Origin: a virus
Taxonomy: Duplodnaviria > Caudoviricetes
Virus record (IMG/VR): IMGVR_UViG_3300035208_006730
Length of the DNA: 64,000 bases
Direction: 5' to 3' (one strand)
How positions within the stretch are numbered: position 1 is the first letter of the stretch; each line of letters starts with the position of its first letter. The notes under the pieces were generated by a model. That model did not search any database. It saw only the letters and a program-made list of their open reading frames with translations, and was not told where the DNA came from. Both the position numbers and the translations under genes were made by a program. This document shows positions 37,601 to 47,800 of this stretch, in pieces.

Positions 37601-40543
37601 ACGTCCAGAACAGTTCCAATACTGAGATAAAGGGCTACCATCTTTAGTTTTGGTGAAATCGAGAACTGATGTTTCGGGAAGATAATCGTCATTGCCTTGT
37701 GAAGACGTAAATACATCACTGATAATAGTTCCTTCTGGAAATTCATCAGGAACACAAAGCTTAGCCTGTTCTTCAATTGCTTGTTTTATTCCAGATGCTC
37801 CTTCTGGAATCTTGGGTTCTTTCCCCTGTTCTTTTAGTTTTTGTTTTGCAGCCTCAATATCTCCCGCGTCTGCAACTTCATTTGAACTGTTTACATCTCC
37901 AGATGTCCAACGATAGATCTCTCTTGTCCAGTCCTTTTTCTGCGTTTTAAACTTCTTTTGACGTTGGGCATTTTCGTTACTAAGTTTATCTAGTAATGTG
38001 TCATGCGCTGTTTTGTATTCTTCGAGATGAGTTTTTACGACACTTTTTATTTCTTCAATTTTTGTTTCATCAAGTTTGGTTCCATCTGATATTTCATTGA
38101 TTAGGTAGAATGATGGATCGATTAACGATTGTGGAGATATGCCCGCAGTTAAAAAGGAACCTTTATTCCAAGAATTGAAGAGGATGTCATCAAATTTTTT
38201 ATTACCATAATCTCCAAGAAGAGATAAAACCTCTTTCATTGGAAAATCAGGATAGGCACACGAAGTTCCCGACTGTTTAGACTTTTCGTACTCTTGGCGA
38301 AGAACATCAGAGAACAATGGATCTCGAAGAATTCCATCGGCAACGGCGTTATCGATAATCTCTTTGAGACGTTTTTCATAAACAGTGAATGACTCTTTAA
38401 TTATCGAAGTCTTATTTGCTCCAGCAAAACGAGAAATGTCGTTCAGTTCACTAAGAAATGAAGCTCCCAATTGCTTTAAAACCCCTGCCTCAGAATTCTT
38501 TATCCCCTGAAGTTCTTGTTGTCTAGCATTGGCGGTATCAAGACGAGTTTTATTGTCCGCTTCTTTTCCTGCTTCTGCTAATTGAGAATAGTCTTGAAGC
38601 TCTTGATAGATACTATCGAGCTCTTGGCTTTTGTTCCGAATCTGGTTTTCTAGATCTGCTCTTCTGTCAGGAGTCGCGTTCTGTAGTTGAGATTTTAACT
38701 GACTTAAATCATTCTTTACGGCATCTTGTCTTTGCGAAAGAGAATAGGCTTTTGCGTCTTTTTCTTGATTAACTACAGACAGAGTTTTAGGTTGAACGAT
38801 ACCTTGAGATATTCTGGAGTCCCAAAGATCTTTTCTAACCTTTTCTATGCCTGGCCATTCGGAAACATTTGTTCCCATTATTTCAGATAAAGAAGTTTTG
38901 TCATACAATCCACCTGGATACCAAAGAACAGAATGGAGATAGGTTGAAAGTTCTGTCATTAAGACAGAGACTTCTGACATCACTTTAAACTGAACGGCAT
39001 TTCCTCTAGACTCCATCTCTGCTTTCGAAAGAACTGGACTATACAGAACGGATGTAATACCATAATTTGATGCAGCATATAAGGTTCCCTGTCCCTCAAG
39101 ATAGATAGGGATAAGAGAACGATGAGAAATAGTTTTGCCTAAAGGTAACCCAACAATGGATTGAATTAGTTTTGTTGCAATTTTTTTGCTACGTTCCCAG
39201 TCGCTTGTTGCAAACTCTCTTCCGAATTTTTGTTCTAAATCTTCGTACCGATTAGAAGACACTAGAAGGTTAATCGCAAATGTATCTATTTGTCCTGGTA
39301 TTGTATTCAGGGTAAATTGTTCGACAATAGTCTCATCAACTCCGCAGAGATTAATGATGTCGTTTCCTATCATTAAGGATCTAATACCAGCAGGAATGTC
39401 CTTGAATTCAATCTCCTGCCGTTCTATCGCAGTGTACATCTGATGGATTTTTGCGCTCGCTTCTTGTCCATTTCCTATCATTTGAATTTGTACGGCAACA
39501 TCTGCACTTCCAATATGCTGATAGGTTGCGTACTGTTGTCCAATAAGAGGAATAGTTGCAAGGCGATGAGAGAATGAAATGTCTAGTCCAGTTGTTGTAA
39601 TAGAGTTCGCTTTTGTTGATAGTCGGGTAATGCGCGAGAAAAGAGGTTTTCCATGATAGATCATCTCTTTTCCATTCAGATTCACAGGTTCCCATTCCAA
39701 ACCTTTATAGGTCACAGTTCTATTTTTCTCGTCCTTCATCACAACATCAGAAAATACATCGAAATACATTGAGGTAGTAAAACCAAGAAGTTGATTAACC
39801 GATGTGATTTGTTCTGAGGTGAGAACGGAAATGCGCTTTGAAGTCTCACTTGCCCCTAATTTAAGTAACTCACTTTTAGCTTTCGAATCTGCATCTGACT
39901 TTATTTGCTTAAACTTTTCAACAGTTTCTTGTGGCGATAAAACGTTTCCTTGTTCGTTTTCTATCACAGGAGCAAGAAATTCACGAAAAGCAAAAGTAAT
40001 GTTGTCTGAAAGTTCTCCCTGAATGGCCCTGTATTTGCCTCGATTAATTTCAGCTTCAGTTAGGATATTCCAGGCTAAAGAATTTTGGGGAAGGTTCGTA
40101 CTTTTACGACCAAAGACTTCTACTCGATACTGCCAAATATCTGTGTATGGCTTAAAGTTGAACCAAACAAAATCGAAGAGAACTTTAATGACGTTAACGT
40201 CAGTATCATTCTTTCTAATATTGATGTGCTTGCACGCGAGAATTATTGGGTCTGTCGTATCGCCATGATAGATAGTATTCCGAATTAACTGATTTTCAAC
40301 GTAGCAAAACGGGACAACTCTGAGTTGTGCGACTATTCTTCGGAGTTTTTCCCAGCCTTCTTGGTCAACAAAACTTGCTTCAACTCTCACCGATAAAATT
40401 GTATGTCCGCTTTTTATTTTAACTGAGTTTCTAGTCCTCAGAGTGTACCATTCATGGTTAAAGGCTTGTTCTGAAATGCCTATTGCCTGAGGCGGGACTG
40501 AAAACCCGACATCATTTAAGACAAAACTACCGGAATCTTCCAT
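34619..40543 (-). CDS. Large baseplate hub-like tail protein with M23 peptidoglycan endopeptidase domain
   Basis: M23 motifs ITSPYGSR, HDGIDIG, YSHL, STGVHLHF (about 36890-37440); hub-like LGYSNNP...FHGVITEV and GSIVIIGNPAIKPFD...VESVIHKF....GFISEITP. Confidence 0.8.
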   Translation of the reverse strand: MEDSGSFVLNDVGFSVPPQAIGISEQAFNHEWYTLRTRNSVKIKSGHTILSVRVEASFVDQEGWEKLRRIVAQLRVVPFCYVENQLIRNTIYHGDTTDPIILACKHINIRKNDTDVNVIKVLFDFVWFNFKPYTDIWQYRVEVFGRKSTNLPQNSLAWNILTEAEINRGKYRAIQGELSDNITFAFREFLAPVIENEQGNVLSPQETVEKFKQIKSDADSKAKSELLKLGASETSKRISVLTSEQITSVNQLLGFTTSMYFDVFSDVVMKDEKNRTVTYKGLEWEPVNLNGKEMIYHGKPLFSRITRLSTKANSITTTGLDISFSHRLATIPLIGQQYATYQHIGSADVAVQIQMIGNGQEASAKIHQMYTAIERQEIEFKDIPAGIRSLMIGNDIINLCGVDETIVEQFTLNTIPGQIDTFAINLLVSSNRYEDLEQKFGREFATSDWERSKKIATKLIQSIVGLPLGKTISHRSLIPIYLEGQGTLYAASNYGITSVLYSPVLSKAEMESRGNAVQFKVMSEVSVLMTELSTYLHSVLWYPGGLYDKTSLSEIMGTNVSEWPGIEKVRKDLWDSRISQGIVQPKTLSVVNQEKDAKAYSLSQRQDAVKNDLSQLKSQLQNATPDRRADLENQIRNKSQELDSIYQELQDYSQLAEAGKEADNKTRLDTANARQQELQGIKNSEAGVLKQLGASFLSELNDISRFAGANKTSIIKESFTVYEKRLKEIIDNAVADGILRDPLFSDVLRQEYEKSKQSGTSCAYPDFPMKEVLSLLGDYGNKKFDDILFNSWNKGSFLTAGISPQSLIDPSFYLINEISDGTKLDETKIEEIKSVVKTHLEEYKTAHDTLLDKLSNENAQRQKKFKTQKKDWTREIYRWTSGDVNSSNEVADAGDIEAAKQKLKEQGKEPKIPEGASGIKQAIEEQAKLCVPDEFPEGTIISDVFTSSQGNDDYLPETSVLDFTKTKDGSPLSQYWNCSGRSGGKQKLPDRLKDESKRIKHILGGKALLEDGQIYLAGETFGTESSMETGPQQWCWPVPAVYAFENHNITSPYGSRPNPFIEQKIAALSQKTQQGIISEADAQRQLDKARKENWEHDGIDIGSSGLETVIEAAAPGKIVACNIGETYSAAEVLRRRDQGIKIPVGYIKIDHGNGWTSSYSHLKDDGYYLDNWKASLARGIQPFVRGGEPIAIMGSSGISTGVHLHFMILKDGAHQSPLEILGNVRICDKLTSVNSPETTGLVPRLIRQHTRNMNKGFCRGLAKAWPTFKLYFIESDYGERREYGFDDFFSYASVKDITHVMNQNVAADIIVLELTNISGILSNRKFQNVMNTETGKLQPFDNPIAQNEGKTKARDVDSKKENPLISLVVKPGIHVKLCLGYSNNPLFLNNNFHGVITEVQFSESDDLLNIVAQSYGTELITRMKGIEDSVNYGGFFTKTGDTGPLLHELMNEPELVHFGRWEPGQKGMGDFYDTLTQKFQFTEKPEDLNIFAPGGSTCISMFKSSDPYKLFRTTIWDVFQEMCIRHPGFIAQAVPYTASWGARMTMYFGMPNQLYYSRDPNPNEANFAKDLAGLVDDIKSGNPTDDLTEEKLKSILSRNTTMSNSEIEGLTKSLQDPEFQKVDKVAFFTTLKNTLAEEMDIVKPFRNYYLITDKYDIIANNISSRTKGVFNAVAVQYSDTTWLRDEQTKDLEFGRLVSREPAILTMKADEDISDEDTRELFMTYPNCIGKSQAKRYAIGLLWRLLKKSYQGSIVIIGNPAIKPFDIVFIADDHTNMYGPIEVESVIHKFNEVNGFISEITPNAVIHINQNATISTDELMGRVVAEYMPGDWLKDQVTRARALVKEGEGLINATGTVGKTAVAGPLKALDIVLGGPLKWLMRKIVASSQYAHPFRIDPLIYKDKPLIHGLTSKYTQGGMLWDGLKFISEGASGLSKALDNAAYEYSPENWNWIKGDFGGYLLNDRNQGYTGPILK

Positions 40544-40551
40544 GATGACCT

Positions 40552-43500
40552 CTAGAAAAGTTTATTAAGTATGGTGTCCATATTGAGAGTCGATAGGTTA
40601 TCTCTCACGGTTATTGTTGAGTTATTCACGTTTCCCACTATCATCTTCATTGCGCCTGCAAGTCCAGCTGGATCGTTATCACTATCTTTTGTGTACAATC
40701 GAGCATTTACATTATACCCTCTATTTGATCCTATCATGGCTGTTGGTGACATCAAATGAGAAGGAGCCGAAGGACTACCTAAAGATGAAGTAGAAGTTTC
40801 TGTATCTCCCTGCCGAAGAGAAGCTTCGCTAGTATGGCGAACTGGTTTCGAATAGAGAGATGCGGCATCACCTGAAGAGCGCATTCCAACTAGACTTTGA
40901 GGTGTATTTGCCATAGCCGCAAGACCAAGAGCAATGCCAGCTCCAATCGCTATTGGTTTTGCGTATTTTAATGCTCGTTTACCGTCAGCTATTGAAATAT
41001 TACTCGCCGCCATTTCTAAGCGAGAGAGCATGCCCATTGTTCCCTCGCCCTCTGTCATTCTTGCCATAGACTTTACGTAGTCTTTTATGCCTGCAGCTGA
41101 TGGAGAGATTTTGGATTTGCCAGCCATTTTTCTAAATTCTTCAAGGCGACCAGAACTTTTGAAAGAGTCCCGAGAACCCGCTATTGTCCTTGCCGTTTCT
41201 TCAAGATTAATTCCAGAAACAGAAGAGCCCATATCGACGCCTAACCTTGATTTCGCTTCTCTTGCGAATCTTTCTGACACTGGCATATCTTGACCAAGAG
41301 CAGCTTCAATGTCTGAACCAAAATTTTTACCTAATAATCCTCTAAAATTTTCAGCTATTTCAGAAGACGTACCAGAAGAGATCGCTCTTTTAGTCGCTTC
41401 AAGACTTTGGCGCAGTTGGTCGGTTTTTCCAACTATGTCACCTGCGGCCATATGCTTGGCAGAAATGGGGAGTTGTTCCATTAACTCGAGCATTGAAAGT
41501 GCTGTAGACTTGTTAGCATTTCCAGAAGCAGATACGGAAGCCTTAGCTTCGCTCAATACTGTAGACAATTGTCCAATAAAACTTTTTGTTGCCTCATCTT
41601 TTCTAAGGGCAACTTTCGTTAAATCTGCAAGGGTAAACTGATTCATTTCAGCTACTGCAGATTGGGCCTTTGGCTTAATTGTTTGTACTCGAATTGCGTG
41701 CTCGAGGTAGGCACGAAGACTTGTAGCGTCCCAATACTTCGACGCTTGTTCTGCAGTCTGTCCCTTCAGCAGCATCAGACCCGCAAAGTCACCATCGAAG
41801 TCTGCAGCCATGCCTGTAACTGCAGAAATATTGATTCCATCTATTTTAATTTCTGGCATGACCATTACGGCTTCTTTTGTATTGGTCGCAAGACGATGGA
41901 TATTAACTGGAACAGTTGAGTAGGGACCAATGTTAGGATGTCTCCAAGCTACTCCAGAAACAGTTCCTTTTGTCTTCCACTGCTCCTTTAGTTCGGCCAA
42001 TTCCTCAGGAGAACCTTCCATTTCAGCGGACATCTTGTTAAACCAAAAATCAGAAATTCCCACTCCAAATGGATCTTGAATTGTTTCATCCCCAATTTTT
42101 GATGCCAGTTGAAGAAAGCGACTTCCAGTTATTTTTTGATTTGGATTAATTCTTCCACGATAAAATCCGCCAACACCCTTTCCAAAAGGTGCCTGTTCAG
42201 CCTGAATGTTTTGTGCAGCTTCCCAGTATTGTTTTTCGAAAGCTTCAGAGGTGATATCACCTGACTCTAATCCAGAAAGCCCTCTAGCTAAATTTTGATA
42301 GGTTCTATAGAGCTTTCCTCTAAAACCTCCCTGCATTTTTATCGCATCAATATCTGGTACGTAAATATTCTTTGCTCCAGTAATCCAACCCCCACCGCCC
42401 TCAACAAATTCAGCAAAAGCTTTCGAACTAAAATTCGAACTAGCTTCAAATCGACGATCACCTCTTCCTGGCATACCACCAGCAAAAGAAGAAAGAGACT
42501 TTAATAGCTCTTTAGATACAACGTTTTGTTCTCCTGGACCTGATAGGCGCGATGAAAATTCCGAAACAAGTTCTTCGCCTAATGGTCCAAGGTGTCCCTG
42601 TCCAAGCATTTCAATTGTTCTTGGCTCTATAGTCGCTCTGCGGTTGTATCCAAATCGCTCACTTCTCGGACCACCGTGAGTTGCCCAAATAACGCCTTTC
42701 GCTGTACCAGTTTCAAAAGCTCTAGTTTCTCTTTGAGTAAGCGGATTATCAAGATACTTCCCAACATCTTCTTTGTAGTTTTGACCCAACACAGTTGGAA
42801 CTGCACCAAATACTTCTCCTAATTCCTGTTTAGTCAGACCCTCTGAACGAGCGGTTTTAACTAATTCAGCAACTGTTTGAGCGTGGATATATCTACCTTG
42901 ATTCTGTTCGGTAATAGTTTTTGTTAAAGAGTTAAAGTAGTTCCTTGGGTCATTAATTCCAGAACTCATTCCTCGCTTTTTTCTTGCTTCAATGGCTTCC
43001 CAGAGTCGAGTTGCCATCTGTTGGTAATGTAGATGTGGCCCCTTTTTTAATGCATCTATGTCTGCAATTGCCTGTACTCCCTTACCTGCAAGTCCAATAA
43101 TTTTTGATCCCTCATCGAAAACCATACTCCCCTTTAGTCCAAAGATCTTTTCTTGGGCTCTCAAGGGTAACTCTTCTTCTGTCTGTAGGATGATGTTGGA
43201 ATCTTGAATCGTCTGCCCAAGAATTTTTAGATTGCGTCCTGCAGTAATTGGATTTCCCATTGGATCGTTTCCAATAAATTCCCCTTTACCAACAGACATT
43301 GTCCCAGAGGTATCAAGTCCTTTAATCACATTTGTCGCAAGACTTTCTAGTCTCATTTCAGCTTCTCGATATCCCTTACCGTAGGCCTTCATTTGTTTGG
43401 CGACAATTATTTCTCCATCTCCCATGAGCCGTCCAAATGTCTGCTGTCTCTGCATAAATGCTGTTCGCATAAAGAAAGCGTTTGAACTGCCAAGAAGATC

Positions 43501-44889
43501 TCCTGAGGGACCATAAACTCCAAACATATTCAAATGAGATTCCGGCAAAGACCACAGATACTTATTCTGAATGGCATCAAGGTTCTTTCCAAGAGAAGGT
43601 TCCCATGCGCGCATACCAAAACGTTTTACGGCTTGACCAGGAGCTCGAGCTTCAGGAACACTTTCTGCTCCCATATAAAGTTGACGTACATCGTATGTAG
43701 CTAAAGCTCCTCTAGTTTTTGATGTTCCAGAAATACCTCCAGAAAAATACTTGGAACCAAGACCTCCCTCAATCTCTGGAATTGAAGCAGCTTCAGTCGC
43801 CCGCACAGGCTTTCCGTCTAGACTGGAAAATAAAGTCGTTTGAGAACGGATATTGACATAACCTCGTAACTGAGAAGAATAACTTTCAGGTGAAGTCAGA
43901 GGGATATTTGTTAGACGTTCTCTGACTTCTCGAGTCAATTGTTTTCCGATTCCTCTTTTTTCTCTTCCAGACAGTTCGTTCAACCTGCCATAATAACTCC
44001 CTTTGAATCTTTCTATAATGTATTGTTCTGGCAAAAGGTCCTGAGCTACAACGGTTCCAGTACCAGGGTCAATAACGGAAAATTTACTCGCAATGTATCG
44101 AGACGAAAGGTCCTTACCAAGAACTACAGAACCACCTGAAGAGATTGGAACATTAAACGAAACACCACGATCTGCGAAGGTAAATCGATAAGAGCCATGA
44201 CCCGTTGCAGCAAGATCGGATCTTGTTTGATGAAAGATACGAAAATCCTTATTCTTTTCTAAAAATTCTTTAGCGTATCCCTGAATAGCTGAAGGCAGAC
44301 GGTTGTACGCCTGAGGATTAATTAACTGGGATTTAATACTATTTGGAGATCTAACGCCTTGTGTGGCGAGCATTTCTTGGGCCATATTAACTGCGAATTG
44401 ATGTGGATTTTCTATTGGAGTATTCGCAATATCTGAAAGAACTTTACTATAGGTCCTTGAAAATATAGGTTTATTTCTTGAGAACGACTTAATAAATTGA
44501 TTGCGGATACCAAGAGGTAGCATCTTAAGTTTGTCTCTAAATAAATTCTCCATAGAGCCAATAGGATTTTCAAATTGACTTGGATCTAGTTCTCCTCGAA
44601 AATTTTCAGGTATATTATCCAATGCTTTTTGCCATGCCCAAAGAATACTTTCGGCAGATCCAGAAAGAGCTCTGGTTGCAAAATTTGAAACTTTATCTCC
44701 CATCAGCGGACCAGCAGAAGGGATAGTTCCTGGATAACGACCCATATTCGCTAATGAATCAAGAACATTAGATTTCGGATTCATTCTTGTTATTATATTT
44801 TGACCCGCGATTACTCCTCCAATTACCACAGGAGAAAGCATCGCAAGATCCATAAAGCCTAGACCATTAGTTCCATTATTATCTGCCAT
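40552..44889 (-). CDS. Putative single-subunit two-barrel (DPBB) DNA-dependent RNA polymerase, probably virion-associated
   Basis: GDGEIIV (D491), EKIFGLKG (K581/K586), GGFYRG..KITGSR, GVGIS, WRHPNIG (R983), GMAADFDGD (D1030-D1034, nt 41788-41802), IGQLS, EQLPISAKH, in the expected order. Confidence 0.8.
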   Translation of the reverse strand: MADNNGTNGLGFMDLAMLSPVVIGGVIAGQNIITRMNPKSNVLDSLANMGRYPGTIPSAGPLMGDKVSNFATRALSGSAESILWAWQKALDNIPENFRGELDPSQFENPIGSMENLFRDKLKMLPLGIRNQFIKSFSRNKPIFSRTYSKVLSDIANTPIENPHQFAVNMAQEMLATQGVRSPNSIKSQLINPQAYNRLPSAIQGYAKEFLEKNKDFRIFHQTRSDLAATGHGSYRFTFADRGVSFNVPISSGGSVVLGKDLSSRYIASKFSVIDPGTGTVVAQDLLPEQYIIERFKGSYYGRLNELSGREKRGIGKQLTREVRERLTNIPLTSPESYSSQLRGYVNIRSQTTLFSSLDGKPVRATEAASIPEIEGGLGSKYFSGGISGTSKTRGALATYDVRQLYMGAESVPEARAPGQAVKRFGMRAWEPSLGKNLDAIQNKYLWSLPESHLNMFGVYGPSGDLLGSSNAFFMRTAFMQRQQTFGRLMGDGEIIVAKQMKAYGKGYREAEMRLESLATNVIKGLDTSGTMSVGKGEFIGNDPMGNPITAGRNLKILGQTIQDSNIILQTEEELPLRAQEKIFGLKGSMVFDEGSKIIGLAGKGVQAIADIDALKKGPHLHYQQMATRLWEAIEARKKRGMSSGINDPRNYFNSLTKTITEQNQGRYIHAQTVAELVKTARSEGLTKQELGEVFGAVPTVLGQNYKEDVGKYLDNPLTQRETRAFETGTAKGVIWATHGGPRSERFGYNRRATIEPRTIEMLGQGHLGPLGEELVSEFSSRLSGPGEQNVVSKELLKSLSSFAGGMPGRGDRRFEASSNFSSKAFAEFVEGGGGWITGAKNIYVPDIDAIKMQGGFRGKLYRTYQNLARGLSGLESGDITSEAFEKQYWEAAQNIQAEQAPFGKGVGGFYRGRINPNQKITGSRFLQLASKIGDETIQDPFGVGISDFWFNKMSAEMEGSPEELAELKEQWKTKGTVSGVAWRHPNIGPYSTVPVNIHRLATNTKEAVMVMPEIKIDGINISAVTGMAADFDGDFAGLMLLKGQTAEQASKYWDATSLRAYLEHAIRVQTIKPKAQSAVAEMNQFTLADLTKVALRKDEATKSFIGQLSTVLSEAKASVSASGNANKSTALSMLELMEQLPISAKHMAAGDIVGKTDQLRQSLEATKRAISSGTSSEIAENFRGLLGKNFGSDIEAALGQDMPVSERFAREAKSRLGVDMGSSVSGINLEETARTIAGSRDSFKSSGRLEEFRKMAGKSKISPSAAGIKDYVKSMARMTEGEGTMGMLSRLEMAASNISIADGKRALKYAKPIAIGAGIALGLAAMANTPQSLVGMRSSGDAASLYSKPVRHTSEASLRQGDTETSTSSLGSPSAPSHLMSPTAMIGSNRGYNVNARLYTKDSDNDPAGLAGAMKMIVGNVNNSTITVRDNLSTLNMDTILNKLF

Positions 44890-47800
44890 TGAAAGCGTCC
44901 CTTAATCCATCTCTTACGTCATCAAATCTATCCACTTCTAATTCTACACTGGATGAGTTCATTCCTAATAGGGAAAGTTGCTGAGTCATTGTAAAATTTC
45001 CCTGAAGATTATCTCTCTCCATCAAAGAATTCATCTGATCTCTAATCTCTCCTTCTGAATACTGTTGTCCAATCTCTTGAACGCTTTGATTATTTACCCA
45101 AGGCTTGTATCTTGATGCCATTTCTCTATCTGGCCAAAGATTAAAATCATGAAATTCTAATCCCTGTTTTTGCACGTATTTCAGCTTCAAATCATCAAGA
45201 TCAGCCTGTGGATGGAAGCCTACCCAGTCAGGCCCAGGCATCGATTTCTCTTTCAATTGCTTTGGAACTAAGTAGGTTCTACGATACCAATCCGCATAAC
45301 TCTCTCCAGTAACTCTGGAACCGTAATACTCCTGACGAAGTTCGTCATTTACTGGAAATCCAGCAGATGTGGCCAAAGATTCAATTTCAGCTCCAGCAAT
45401 TAAAGCGTCCTCATTGTCTGTTTTCTTTGCCGCTTCAGAAAATCTTCGTTGCCATTGAGCGATGTAAATTGGACGCATTTGTTCGGGAACCATCTGAAGA
45501 ATCTTTTCTCGAGCTTCAGGAGAAGTCTCCATTCTAAATGCGTCAAAATAAGACCTTTCTCTGGCTGGTATTGCGGCCATCAAGTCCTTGAAATTCATAG
45601 TGTATGGATTAATACCAGTTAATGTTTGCTTACTTGATTTAACGTATTCATCGGCCAAATCAAGATCGCCTGCTTCAAATGCTCGAGTTGCTAACGTTCT
45701 GAACTTAGCGTATTTTAGCGCATCGAATTGTTCGTCAATCTCTCTTTGTTCTTGAATCCGATCAGGGATTCCATTCCATCCAAAGGCATGAGCCGTAGAA
45801 GAAGCAAATGGGGAAAGAAAGTTTTGAATAGGTTTATTCCAAAATTTGTTGGAAGTACCATAAATCATATCTTTTTCATAATCTTCAATAGCTGTGCGCG
45901 CATGCACGAACTTTGCAAATGGAGCCATTGGAGTTAACTGTTCAAGAGAAGTCTCTGCTCCATGGCTAATCCATTCCCAATAGCCACCAAATAGAGATCC
46001 AATAATACCTCTATCTTTTTTACCTGAAGCGTTTTCCTTATTAATCTCGGATAATACTTTTGATTCTAATGAGTTGCCAGTTTCAAATGGTTCAAGAACT
46101 TCGTACTCTGAAAAACTTTTTTTCTCTTTCTTTGCTTTTATTTGTTCGATAGTTCTGTTAAAAAGTTCCTCTTCGTAGTCCGTCCAATTTCCAGATGACC
46201 GCTGCATTCTAATGCCAGCTGCAGCTGCTTTGTATTTGGAAGAATATGGGGCTACATCGGCAAGAATTTTCCAGATATGAATGAGAGGATAATCTTCTGG
46301 ATCTAGACCAGCAAGCTCTGGATAACGTTGTTCGTAGCCAAGACCAGGGAGACGCACTTCCCCGAGATCAATCTTTGCGAATGGATCACCAGAACGAAAG
46401 TCTTCCGATAGATCTCCTGTATCAGGCATCCATTGTGGCATCTGGTTTCTAATAGGATTGTATGTCTGAATGCTTTTTCTTTTACTTGGATAAAGACGCC
46501 GATACCATTCGCTTAATCCTAAGGCGCCTCCAAATCCCTCTTCCCAGAAAGATTTTCTGGCACTAGTAATTTCTCCTGCAGCTTCCAATTGGCGTTGATC
46601 TGCAAAGAAATCTGGAGAACCAGTTAACTCTTCCTTGAGTGAAGAAAATAAGAATCCAGGAAGACCTACCATCTCACTATTATGGACTAGACAATCTTCT
46701 GCATAATAAATATGAGTATTTTCTACTTCAAGATCGTAAAGATCTATTGATTCCATATAAATATCTTTAATATTAGTTATTTTTTTGAAGATGAAATAAT
46801 AATTATTGTCTTCTTTTATGAAGTTTCTAGTAGTATTTGTTTCGCCTACAGCAATTGGACGCGATAATTTAAAACCAGATTTACCTAATTGTCTTAATTT
46901 TTGAATATTTGTTCTAAAAAGTCCAAGTCCATAATTTTTATATTTTTTTACTTGTCCATTTTTTTTGATTGTGGAGTAACCAGATGTATTTGAAACCAAT
47001 ATACCCAATTGATTAAAAATATAGGTTAATTGTTTCTGCAGAGTTAAACTAGATTGATTACATTCTAATTCCTTTTCTCGAATATGGAAATCGCCATCTA
47101 TAAAACCATTAATTAAACCAAGAAGAAACTCTCTATTCGAAGATAATAGAGATGCATGGATTATTTTATGGCTTGGTAATCCGATCAAAGTTCTGAATAA
47201 TTGACTTATGGCCGTACTGCATATACTTGTCTCTACTCCGTTCCCTATAATTCCATCTTTTTCCTTTCTCCACCATGTAGTTGTCCCATTATAATTAAAT
47301 AACGTTTTCATTGATTCGAATAACTTTTTATAATGAGTTTCAGTTTCAGAGATTTCTGCAGCATAACTAATTTGGGTGTTACTTGGAGACCCTTCCGCTA
47401 AAGTATATCCGCATAACCAACCTAAATCCCAAGTAAGTTCGAGCCTAATTGGAAGACTTCCTGCGTTCTTATCTAAATAGTCGCATTCATAATTATTATT
47501 TGGTCGTTTTACTAAAGTTCCCTTATTGTTTAAATATTCACAACCCTTTCTTAGAAAAGACTTTTTAATTCTTCTATAAATGGTATTTCCTTGGATTCCA
47601 AAATTATTCATATCCAAAATATCAGGTAAATATAGGAATTTTTTTTCGTTAATTATCTTTGGAATTATTTCTACTAGAAAATCGCCCTTATCCAGATTCT
47701 TAACGGAAAGCCATTCAGGTTTGTAATTTAAGTAATGAGGATGAATACATCTTTTACAGTGATCTCCATCATGACTTCCATGAAGACTGCAATTATAGTC

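Noticed and set aside
40552-44889. Annotating as plain tape measure protein, as rpoC, or reading DFDGD as an EF-hand/FG-GAP calcium motif
   Set aside because: The motif is single and accompanied by RHP and the beta-type barrel motifs in order, but the protein lacks the overall sequence of cellular RpoC, so no gene symbol was given.
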